Shown here: in pieces, positions 29,644 to 39,644 of the stretch
How the letters are laid out: each line of letters starts with the position of its first letter
Numbering within the stretch: position 1 is the first letter of the stretch
Assembly: GCA_965656625.1 (NCBI GenBank)
Contig: CBFHLG010000013.1
Coordinates: forward strand, 2,549 to 66,548
Direction of reading: 5' to 3'
Length of the DNA: 64,000 bases
Source: Candidatus Puniceispirillaceae bacterium
Lineage (GTDB): Bacteria; Pseudomonadota; Alphaproteobacteria; Puniceispirillales; Puniceispirillaceae
Made by a program: the position numbers and the translations under genes
The notes under the pieces: model-generated
Told to the model about the DNA's origin: nothing
Databases searched by the model: none
Seen by the model: the letters and a program-made list of their open reading frames with translations, nothing else

Positions 29644-30294
29644 CGCGAACTCTACCCCGTTTGCGGTCATCGGCAGCATAGTCACCCTCTGGCCATAGAC
29701 CGCCAGCGCGTTGGCCAGAGCCGGGCCGGCAGGCGGCGTCCCCGGTTCACCCACACCTGTCGGCTGGTCTGTTGAGGCCACGATATGCACATCAATCTGG
29801 CCAATATCGCCAATGCGCAAGGGCTCATAATCAGGGAAATTATACTGGTCAACCTCACCAGCGGTGAAGCTGATCTCATCCCGCATGATATGGCCGATGC
29901 CGTACCCGATGCCACTTTCCATCTGCGCTGTGATCACATCAGGGTTGACCGGCACACCGCAATCAACCGCACAGGTTACCTTGTCTATGCGGATCACCCC
30001 GTCATCAGAGCGCGAGGTTTCAACCACTTCGGCAACATAGGTCCCGAACGATTTATGCGCAGCAATCCCGCGGGCGATACCGCTGCCAGCCGGGCTGGCC
30101 CAACCGGCTTTTTCGGCCGCCAGTTCAAGCACCCCGCGCAGACGGCGCTGGTCAGCCCCATTCCCGTGCAAATGCGCCAGACGCAAGGCCAGCGGGTCCT
30201 GGCCAGACGCGGCGGCGACCGCTCTTATTCGTATCTGTGGCCGGCCTGTTCTGGCGGACGCGTAAGCCTCTGTGCGTGATTTAATGCTGGACAA
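29641..30294 (-). pseudogene. C-terminal remnant of a xanthine dehydrogenase / aldehyde oxidase family molybdopterin-binding subunit (IorB-like)
   Basis: The 217-aa ORF matches only the last ~200 aa of ~700-750-aa IorB-type proteins (AAEKAGW..., HKSFGTYVAEVVE, VDCGVPVNPD, QMESGIGYG, GVGEPGTPPAGPALANA). The N-terminal two thirds and the partner 2Fe-2S subunit are absent. An unrelated divergent gene begins 28 nt upstream. Confidence 0.7.
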
Positions 30295-30322
30295 GGCTTT
30301 GCTTGTGCCGGCTTAATGGCGC

Positions 30323-31234
30323 ATGACTGTTAGGATTTCTTCCGCTTCGCCCCAGATATTGGCTGTGTTTTGGATGCTGCTTGCCTGTTTTGCGCTGTCG
30401 ATGATTGCGGCGATCGGGCGACACGCGGCTCTGGCTGGTTTGCACCCGTTTCAGACTGTGTTTCTGCGATTGCTCATCGCCCTGATAACGCTGTTGCCGT
30501 TTGTTCTTCGTGCTGGGTTGGACCGGCTGCGAACACCGCAATTCAAACTGCATGTTATCCGTTCTCTAAACGGTATCTGCGCGATGTGGCTGTGGTTTTT
30601 TGCTGTTGCTTATATTCCCATTGATGAGCAGACCGCGCTCAGCTTCCTTGCCCCTATCTTCACCACCATCGGGGCCCTGTTGTTTCTGGGTGAGGTTGTC
30701 AGGCTGCGCCGTATCACCGCGATTATGATCAGCCTGTGCGGGGCGCTGATTATTGTTCGGCCGGGCTTTGCTGAATTTAACCTCGGCCATGGTCTGGCGC
30801 TGACCTCAGCGCTGGCGATGGGGGTGACGATGTTGTTGATCAAATCTTTGACTGCCCGTGATTCGGCACTCACGATTGTGTTTTTCTCCAATCTTCTGAT
30901 GACCCCGATGGCGTTGCTGCCAGCGATTTATGTCTGGGCCTGGCCTGACCCCGGGCTGTGGCTGTGGCTGTTGGGGTTTGGGCCGTGTGCGGCAATAGGC
31001 CATTTCGCGCTGGCGAGGGCCTATGGTCTGGCAGATGCCTCATTTGTGTCCGCGATTGATTATGCCCGGCTGCCCTTTGCCGCGCTTATCGGCTGGATTT
31101 TATTTTCTGAGCTCAGCGATGTCTGGACATGGGTCGGGGCCAGTATTATTTTTGGCGCGACCTTATATATTGCGCGGCGAGAACTGATGCTCTCAAAACA
31201 GCCGCCTGCAGCAGATAACGATGTGAAAGGATAA
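30323..31234 (+). CDS. DMT superfamily transporter (EamA family)
   Basis: 303 aa with about 10 predicted TM segments and two EamA-like halves. Confidence 0.85.
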   Translation: MTVRISSASPQILAVFWMLLACFALSMIAAIGRHAALAGLHPFQTVFLRLLIALITLLPFVLRAGLDRLRTPQFKLHVIRSLNGICAMWLWFFAVAYIPIDEQTALSFLAPIFTTIGALLFLGEVVRLRRITAIMISLCGALIIVRPGFAEFNLGHGLALTSALAMGVTMLLIKSLTARDSALTIVFFSNLLMTPMALLPAIYVWAWPDPGLWLWLLGFGPCAAIGHFALARAYGLADASFVSAIDYARLPFAALIGWILFSELSDVWTWVGASIIFGATLYIARRELMLSKQPPAADNDVKG

Positions 31235-31240
31235 AGGGCG

Positions 31241-32209
31241 ATGGATATCGTTGCTGATATTGGCGGCACCAATGCGCGTTTTGCCTGTTATCAGGCAGAG
31301 ACCAACGGGCCAGGGGCAGGCACCCTTTCGCATAATGACCGCTATGCCTGTGCCACTTTTCCCAGCATGGCTGACGCGCTGGCCAGCTATTGCGATGCCC
31401 ATCAGATCAAACCAGACAGAATGTCACTTGCTGTTGCCGGACCGGTTGACGGACCGGATGTCACCTTCACCAATAACAGCTGGTCCTTTGTAAAGAACGA
31501 TATCAAAACCCAGTTCGGGCTGTCGTCTTTGACCGTGGTCAACGATTTTACCGCGCAGGCGTTGGTGCCGCCCTACCTTGGCGAACAGGCGGTGACAACA
31601 ATCCGTTCAGGAACGCGCTATCCCAATACACCGCTGCTGGTGCTGGGCGCCGGCACCGGGCTGGGCTTTGCCGCTGTACTGCCGATGGCGGGCGGCTGGT
31701 GTCCGCTGGAAACCGAGGGCGGCAACAGCCTGCTGGCCTTGCGCGGTGATGACCCGGTCGGCCTCGCTGCCTTTCTGCGCGCAAAAGAAGACGTGGTTTC
31801 CTTTGAAAGCTGTCTGTCTGGCCGCGGGCTGGAATATCTCTATCAATTTCTGGCTCGGGACAAGCCCGCCCTGACCGCAAAACAAATCGCCGAATCGGCC
31901 CCGCAAAATGCAGACGCCCGTGAAGCCATCATCCTGTTCTTCAATGTTCTGGCCAACTTCATTGCCAATGGTATTCTCAGCACCGGGGCCCGGCAAGGGG
32001 TCTATATCTCAGGCGGCATTGCCCCGAAGCTGAAAGCCTATCTGCCGCAGAGTCAGTTTTTGGACAGGCTGGCCGCACATGGGGCCTATTCAGACTATGT
32101 CGGCCAGGTTCCGGTCTATCTTGTCGAACAGGAAGAAGCTGAACAGGCTGGCCTGCTGGGGGCTGGTTTGGCCCTGACAAACCCGTATCTGGCGCACAGG
32201 CGGATTTGA
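31241..32209 (+). CDS. glk: Glucokinase
   Basis: 322 aa. N-terminal ATP motif ADIGGTNARFA, then GAGTGLG, EGGH-like ETEGGN, and GGIAPK. Confidence 0.9.
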   Translation: MDIVADIGGTNARFACYQAETNGPGAGTLSHNDRYACATFPSMADALASYCDAHQIKPDRMSLAVAGPVDGPDVTFTNNSWSFVKNDIKTQFGLSSLTVVNDFTAQALVPPYLGEQAVTTIRSGTRYPNTPLLVLGAGTGLGFAAVLPMAGGWCPLETEGGNSLLALRGDDPVGLAAFLRAKEDVVSFESCLSGRGLEYLYQFLARDKPALTAKQIAESAPQNADAREAIILFFNVLANFIANGILSTGARQGVYISGGIAPKLKAYLPQSQFLDRLAAHGAYSDYVGQVPVYLVEQEEAEQAGLLGAGLALTNPYLAHRRI

Positions 32210-32255
32210 GCCCGGCTTGACAAATGCGGCGCTGCGTTTCATTTTTTTAAAGGTG

Positions 32256-32687
32256 ATGACAATGGATATGACAGCTGAATTTACAGATGATATTGCGGCC
32301 CGCCTGCGCCAGCATGGCCTGCGCCCGACGCGTCAGCGTATCCGTCTGGCCAGCCTGTTGCTGGATGGGCAGGACCGTCATGTCAGCCCAGATGATGTCT
32401 ATGATAAACTGAAGCGCAGCCCGGACAAGATGTCCCGCGGGACTGTCTATAACACGCTGCGGCAATTCTGTGATGCCGGCCTGGTGAGCGAGGTGCATGG
32501 CGGCGGCGACACGCTGGTCTATGACACCAACCTGCATGAACATCATCATTTTCTGAATGTGGATACAGGCGAGTTGACCGATATTCACACCGGCTCTGTA
32601 CAGTTGGGCCAACTGCCCGAACTGCCTGACGGCTATGTGCTGGACGCGGTCGAACTGACCATCCGCATTCGCAAATCCGGCTCGTGA
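32256..32687 (+). CDS. irr: Fur-family transcriptional regulator, Irr (iron response regulator) type
   Basis: Winged-helix region GLRPTRQRIRLASLL...RGTVYNTLRQFCDAGLV. The YDTNLHEHHHF motif matches the Irr FDTN..HHH(F/Y) heme-responsive signature. No CxxC zinc pairs. The start is uncertain (ATG 32256 or 32262; the track starts at TTG 32217). Confidence 0.7.
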   Translation: MTMDMTAEFTDDIAARLRQHGLRPTRQRIRLASLLLDGQDRHVSPDDVYDKLKRSPDKMSRGTVYNTLRQFCDAGLVSEVHGGGDTLVYDTNLHEHHHFLNVDTGELTDIHTGSVQLGQLPELPDGYVLDAVELTIRIRKSGS

Positions 32688-32776
32688 AAAACTGCACCCA
32701 CCCAGTTTAGATTGAATTCAAACAAGGTTGACTTTCCCAGGTTGGCTGCTTAGATGATCAGAGCGGCGATAGACAC

Positions 32777-32795
32777 TGATCACAAGCTGTGATCA
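32777..32795. repeat. Perfect 19-nt palindrome TGATCACA-AGC-TGTGATCA between irr and katG
   Basis: Read directly. A third TGATCA hexamer lies at 32755-32760. The palindrome is about 65 nt upstream of the katG ATG. Confidence 0.85.
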
Positions 32796-32859
32796 CATCT
32801 GTATGCTGCCCAATTTTTAAGCCACAATAACCACCAGAACATCATAAGGAGCCAAGTAA

Positions 32860-34989
<2,130 letters not shown>

Positions 34990-35021
34990 GCCGGTCTGAG
35001 CGCAGGCAAATACTTTTTGTA

Positions 35022-35052
35022 AAGAAGGGGCAGGTCTGCCCCTTCTTTTTTT
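35022..35052 (+). terminator. Rho-independent terminator of katG
   Basis: AAGAAGGGGCAG / CTGCCCCTTCTT stem of up to 12 bp, followed by a run of T residues ending at 35052. Confidence 0.85.
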
Positions 35053-35160
35053 ATACTCTTAAAATACACAAGCAAAGGCGCGGCTGTCCTGATACAGACA
35101 TTTCTGCTATGAAGGGAGAGCGGCAAATGAATAAGCCAGATGAGCCCCTGTGAGACAGAC

Positions 35161-35748
35161 ATGAACAAGATTACCGATTTTTTTCGTACCCGCCGATCTG
35201 TGGTGATCCGGAATTTGAATAACACACCTCTGCCGCAAGCTGATCTGGACCTGATTATTGAGTGCGGCCTGCGTGTGCCTGACCATGCGATGCTGGCACC
35301 GTGGCGCTTATCTGTAATCCTGCCTGAACAGGGCCGCCATTTAGCCGAGACGGTTCTGGTGCCGGAGTTCAAAGCCCTGAACCCAGATGCCACCGAGGCG
35401 ATGCTGGCGTTTGAGGCGGCCCGCTTTACCCGGACCGGGGCGGTTATCGCGGTCCTGTCCTGCCCGCAGGAACACCCCAAAATCCCGATCTGGGAAATGC
35501 AACTGTCTGCCGGTGCGGTCTGTCAGAACCTGTTGAGCACAGCCCTTGCCCTTGGCTATGGCGCCCAATGGGTTACCGAATGGTATACCTATAATGATAA
35601 AGTGGTGCGCGCCCTGGGCGGCACCCCGGAAACAGACAGAATTGCCGGTTTTGTCTATATTGGCATGAAAAATGAAGACCCCACTGAACGACGCAGACCT
35701 GACAAGCAGGATGTGGTCAGCTATTATACCCCCGCGTCACGGGCCTAG
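35161..35748 (+). CDS. Nitroreductase family protein
   Basis: MNKITDFFRTRRSVVIRN... (the RRS motif typical of the FMN nitroreductase fold), PDHAMLAPWR, and a C-terminal GFVYIG. The start could alternatively be ATG 35140. Confidence 0.82.
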   Translation: MNKITDFFRTRRSVVIRNLNNTPLPQADLDLIIECGLRVPDHAMLAPWRLSVILPEQGRHLAETVLVPEFKALNPDATEAMLAFEAARFTRTGAVIAVLSCPQEHPKIPIWEMQLSAGAVCQNLLSTALALGYGAQWVTEWYTYNDKVVRALGGTPETDRIAGFVYIGMKNEDPTERRRPDKQDVVSYYTPASRA

Positions 35749-35787
35749 CCCGCCGCTCAGTCCTTTTGCCGCAAGCAGGAAGAACAG

Positions 35788-36399
35788 ATGTCAGTCTTTT
35801 TACATAAACATGACTTGCCAGACGGCCTGTCCTTTGGCCCTGCTGTTGCCATTGATACCGAGACGATGGGCCTGAACCTGCAGCGCGACCGTTTGTGTCT
35901 GGTGCAATTGTCTGCCGGCGATGGTGAAGCGCATCTGGTGCAAATCGCTGCTGACAAACAGCCCAGCCCGAATCTGGCCCGCCTGCTGGCTGATGAGGGG
36001 TGCGAGAAACTGTTCCATTTTGGACGTTTTGATATCGCCATGCTGAAACATCATATTGGGCCGATGGCAGGCCCGATATTCTGTACCAAAATCGCCTCAA
36101 AGCTGTGCCGGACCTACACCGACAGGCACGGCCTGTCTGATTTATGCCGCGAGCTTCTTGGGCTCGAAATCTCTAAACAGCAGCAATCTTCTGACTGGGG
36201 AGCAGATGTACTGAGCCGGGCACAGCAGGATTATGCGGCCGGCGATGTTTTGTACCTGCATCAGTTGAAAGACAAGTTAAGCGGGATGCTGGTGCGCAGC
36301 GGCAGGCTGGAGATGGCAGAGGCCTGTTTTGCCTTTCTGGCGACCCGAACCGATCTGGACCTGGCCGGGTTTGACGGGCTGGACATCTTCCATCACTAA
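35788..36399 (+). CDS. 3'-5' exonuclease, RNase D-like (DEDDy, single domain)
   Basis: 203 aa. ExoI AIDTET, ExoII FHFGRFD, and ExoIII YAAGDVLYL motifs. Confidence 0.85.
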   Translation: MSVFLHKHDLPDGLSFGPAVAIDTETMGLNLQRDRLCLVQLSAGDGEAHLVQIAADKQPSPNLARLLADEGCEKLFHFGRFDIAMLKHHIGPMAGPIFCTKIASKLCRTYTDRHGLSDLCRELLGLEISKQQQSSDWGADVLSRAQQDYAAGDVLYLHQLKDKLSGMLVRSGRLEMAEACFAFLATRTDLDLAGFDGLDIFHH

Positions 36400-36438
36400 G
36401 CGCCTGAGCCCCCTAACGAGCCGGAAAAGGATAACAGC

Positions 36439-37116
36439 GTGACAGACAACAACAGGCCATCACCACCGTTATTTGCCAGGGGTGCAGCCCCGTCACCGGC
36501 GCAAAACGGCGGCGCGAACGGCCGCGGCAAACAACGCTTGTCTGTCAGCCTTATTCTGTTGCTGGCCAGCCTGACTGTCGGCGGGGTTACCGTTTGGTGG
36601 AGCGGGTTTTATGCCGAAACAGAAAATATCGCCATCAGCCTGGAGACTGTCAGCAAGACACCGTCTGATCAGCTACAGATGACCGGGGCACGCTATTCCG
36701 GGGTGACCGCCACAGGCCTGAAGTTCAATATCGAAGCCGATAAGGTTATTGAGATGTCAGACAAGGCAGGGCTGGTGCATCTGTTCAAGCCGGATGGCTG
36801 GTTCGAATCAGATAAGGACGGTAAGACCACCCTGCTTTCTGAAGAGGCTGTTTACAATTCGCAAGCAGCGACACTGGATATGACAGGCAATGTCCTGATC
36901 CACCAAAAACAACAGGATATGGTTCTGAAAAGCCAGCAGATGACAGCCCGTATTGACAGTGGCGATCTGAAAACAGACCTGCCTGTCAGCCTGACCGGGC
37001 CAACTATTCAGCTGACATCTGAAGGTATGGAATCACAGAACAGAGGAGAGGTGATTCTGTTCAAAGGGCAGACACAAGCCCGCCTGACGCAGAGCACACA
37101 AAACGGGGACAAGTAG
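36439..37116 (+). CDS. lptC: LPS export system protein LptC
   Basis: 225 aa. GTG start after AAAGGA, one N-terminal TM segment (LSVSLILLLASLTVGGVTVWW), an OstA-like beta-jellyroll sequence, and a position immediately upstream of lptA-lptB. Confidence 0.75.
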   Translation: MTDNNRPSPPLFARGAAPSPAQNGGANGRGKQRLSVSLILLLASLTVGGVTVWWSGFYAETENIAISLETVSKTPSDQLQMTGARYSGVTATGLKFNIEADKVIEMSDKAGLVHLFKPDGWFESDKDGKTTLLSEEAVYNSQAATLDMTGNVLIHQKQQDMVLKSQQMTARIDSGDLKTDLPVSLTGPTIQLTSEGMESQNRGEVILFKGQTQARLTQSTQNGDK

Positions 37117-37118
37117 AA

Positions 37119-37922
37119 ATGATGAGAGTTACATTTGCGGCAGCAGAACACAGCAAACCCTGGCGCGCCACGGCCGCCGCTGCCCTTATCTGCCTGGCGA
37201 CCCTTACAGGCGCCCCGGTCGCCGGGCTTGCCGATGAGATGATTGTCAATGCGGATAACAGTCTGGAGTGGAACCAGAAGGAGGCGTTTTATCATGCCTC
37301 TGGTAATGCGGAGGCCCTGCAGGGCAATCAGGAGATCAAAGCTGATTCGCTGAAAGCCTTTTATGACCCGAAGACAGATGCGCGAACGATTACTCGGATT
37401 ATCGCGAACGGGGATGTCAGCTTTCAAGATGAGGCGCATAACGGCCGCGGCCAACTGCTGGATTATGATGTGGCCAGCTTAACCTATCTCCTGGAAGGCC
37501 CGGACGCGGCTATCTCTGGTCCGGATGGTGCAGGCAGCGCAGGTCAGAAAATCCTGTTCAAACGGGCAGACCAGATTGTCGAACTGGTCAAGGATGCCGA
37601 GATTAAGCTGAAAGACGGCCGCTATCTGTCAGGCCAGACCATCATCATCTATCTGGATGATACCGATAATATCGACCGGATCACCGCCGCAGGACAGGTG
37701 ACCATTATTCAGGCCAACGGCAGCACCGCCACCTCAAACGAAGCTGATTACGACCGGGCCGGCAATAAGGCCATCTTAACAGGCAATGTGGTGGTCAAGG
37801 ACGGCGATACCGAACTGGCCGGTGACCGCGCCGAGGTGGATTTCACGTCTGGGATCAGTAAGATGCTGTCAAATAAATCAGGTGGACGCGTATCAGGACG
37901 TTTTACACGGCTGCAAGAATAG
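37119..37922 (+). CDS. lptA: LPS transport periplasmic protein LptA (OstA family)
   Basis: 267 aa. Signal peptide (ALICLATLTGAPVAGLA) and OstA N-terminal-like repeats (ADSLKAFYD..., LTGNVVVKDGDTELAGDRAEVD). Confidence 0.8.
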   Translation: MMRVTFAAAEHSKPWRATAAAALICLATLTGAPVAGLADEMIVNADNSLEWNQKEAFYHASGNAEALQGNQEIKADSLKAFYDPKTDARTITRIIANGDVSFQDEAHNGRGQLLDYDVASLTYLLEGPDAAISGPDGAGSAGQKILFKRADQIVELVKDAEIKLKDGRYLSGQTIIIYLDDTDNIDRITAAGQVTIIQANGSTATSNEADYDRAGNKAILTGNVVVKDGDTELAGDRAEVDFTSGISKMLSNKSGGRVSGRFTRLQE

Positions 37923-37936
37923 GCTATTGTGGGCCA

Positions 37937-38794
37937 TTGCTTTTTTGCCCCCCACAATACGATGTTCGGGACACCGTCGTGACTGATTATTCCACACCGC
38001 CTTTTTCATCTGCCGGCCCGTCTCTGTTTGATGACGATCAGAGCCGCGAAAATTTGCGCGTAGTTGCTGAGAACAAGGGTCTGCAGGCTCGGGGTCTGGG
38101 CAAATATTTTGGCCAGAAACGTGTGGTCCGCAATGTATCGCTTGGTATCAGGCGCGGTGAGGCTGTTGGCCTGCTCGGACCGAACGGGGCGGGCAAGACA
38201 ACCACATTTTACATGCTGACCGGCCTTATTCCGTGTGATGAGGGCGCGATTTATCTGGACGGGCTTGATGTCACAGATATGCCGCTGTTTCAGCGCGCCC
38301 GCATGGGCGTTGGCTACCTGCCGCAGGAATCGAGCATTTTCAGAGGGCTGAGCGTTGAAAAAAATATCCGCTCTGTGCTGGAAATTACCGAATCCAACCC
38401 CGACACAAGAGACGCGATGTTAGAAGAACTGCTGGCCGAATTCAGCATTGGTCATCTGCGCAACACACCGTCTGTCAATCTTTCCGGCGGTGAGCGCAGA
38501 CGCCTTGAAATCGCCCGGGCCCTGGCCGCCAGACCTGCGTTTTTGCTGCTGGATGAACCTTTGGCGGGTATTGATCCGATTGCGCTGGCCGATATCCGCG
38601 ATCTTATAGCCCAGTTAAAGGAACATGGTCTGGGGGTATTGATCACTGACCATAACGTCCGCGAAATGCTGGGCATTATCGAACGGGCCTATATCATCCA
38701 TGATGGCGCCGTGCTGATGGAAGGCACACCTGAAGAGGTGGTTAAGCATTCTGGCGTTCGTGAGGTCTATCTGGGGGAGCGGTTCTCTATCTGA
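37937..38794 (+). CDS. lptB: LPS export ABC transporter ATP-binding protein LptB
   Basis: Walker A GPNGAGKTT, Q-loop, signature LSGGERRRLEIARAL, Walker B LLLDEP, and H-loop ITDHN. The start is uncertain: the track start is TTG 37937 and GTG 37979 is an alternative. The conserved core begins about 48 aa in. Confidence 0.9.
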   Translation: MLFCPPQYDVRDTVVTDYSTPPFSSAGPSLFDDDQSRENLRVVAENKGLQARGLGKYFGQKRVVRNVSLGIRRGEAVGLLGPNGAGKTTTFYMLTGLIPCDEGAIYLDGLDVTDMPLFQRARMGVGYLPQESSIFRGLSVEKNIRSVLEITESNPDTRDAMLEELLAEFSIGHLRNTPSVNLSGGERRRLEIARALAARPAFLLLDEPLAGIDPIALADIRDLIAQLKEHGLGVLITDHNVREMLGIIERAYIIHDGAVLMEGTPEEVVKHSGVREVYLGERFSI

Positions 38795-38876
38795 GCCCGG
38801 CATAAACAACCCACAGGCCAGCCTGCAGGATTAGCAGGGTAAATCAAACATATGTGGAAACCGTTTTCGGTGAAGG

Positions 38877-38952
<76 letters not shown>

Positions 38953-38984
38953 TTAACCATGCCACCTTGTCACAGAGTTCTGGT

Positions 38985-39013
38985 GTTTTACCGACAACAG
39001 GCTGCAGATGCAA
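38985..39013 (-). promoter_or_regulatory. Candidate promoter for tRNA-Ala
   Basis: On the minus strand: TTGCAT (39013..39008), 17 nt, TAAAAC (38990..38985), about 33 nt upstream of the tRNA 5' end. The -10 is weak. Confidence 0.3.
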
Positions 39014-39042
39014 GCAAAATATACCGGCTTTCCGACCACTTA

Positions 39043-39447
39043 TCAGAGGTCGTCTTCGTCCTCATCTGAAGCGGCACCATCATCGACACCCAGCTCATCA
39101 TCCAGCACATCGATAAGCTCTGCCCCAGTGGCCTCAGCCTCGTCTTCATCATCATCTGAAGCGATGGGCACCAGCTCATCTTCAGTGGACAACACCTCAT
39201 CTTCACTTTCAAATTCATCATCTGATTTTTCGATCAGATCATCGTCAGCCACAACAGCGTCAGCCTTGGACGGCGCTTTTTCAGCCTCATCCTTAGCAGC
39301 CACACGGCCGCGTCTGCTTTTCAGTAAAGTTTCAGGGTCGAATTCAGTGCCGCAGGACGGGCATACTGCCGGTGATTTCTTCAAATCATAGAATTTTATT
39401 CCGCAGGAGGCACAACGCTGCTTGCGTCCGAGGGTTGCATGGGCCAT
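39043..39447 (-). CDS. TIGR02300 (FYDLN_acid) family protein: zinc ribbon plus acidic tail, function unknown
   Basis: MAHATLGRKQRCASCGIKFYDLKKSPAVCPSCGTEF (CxxC...CxxC with the FYDL signature), followed by about 80 aa that are extremely rich in D/E. Confidence 0.85.
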   Translation of the reverse strand: MAHATLGRKQRCASCGIKFYDLKKSPAVCPSCGTEFDPETLLKSRRGRVAAKDEAEKAPSKADAVVADDDLIEKSDDEFESEDEVLSTEDELVPIASDDDEDEAEATGAELIDVLDDELGVDDGAASDEDEDDL

Positions 39448-39644
39448 GAGCAAAACCTATTTACATGTAAAAACCGTTGTGTTCTGCGCCGATTAAACGG
39501 AATTCGCCGCCCCTGTCAAAAGAATTTTTCGCTCTGAATGATTTTTTCACAGGAAAAAGCAGATTAACGCTTTGATCGGTCCTGTAAAGATAGTATTACA
39601 GCCTCGTCAAATACGCGCGCCGACAACATCAGGTAACAATACCC

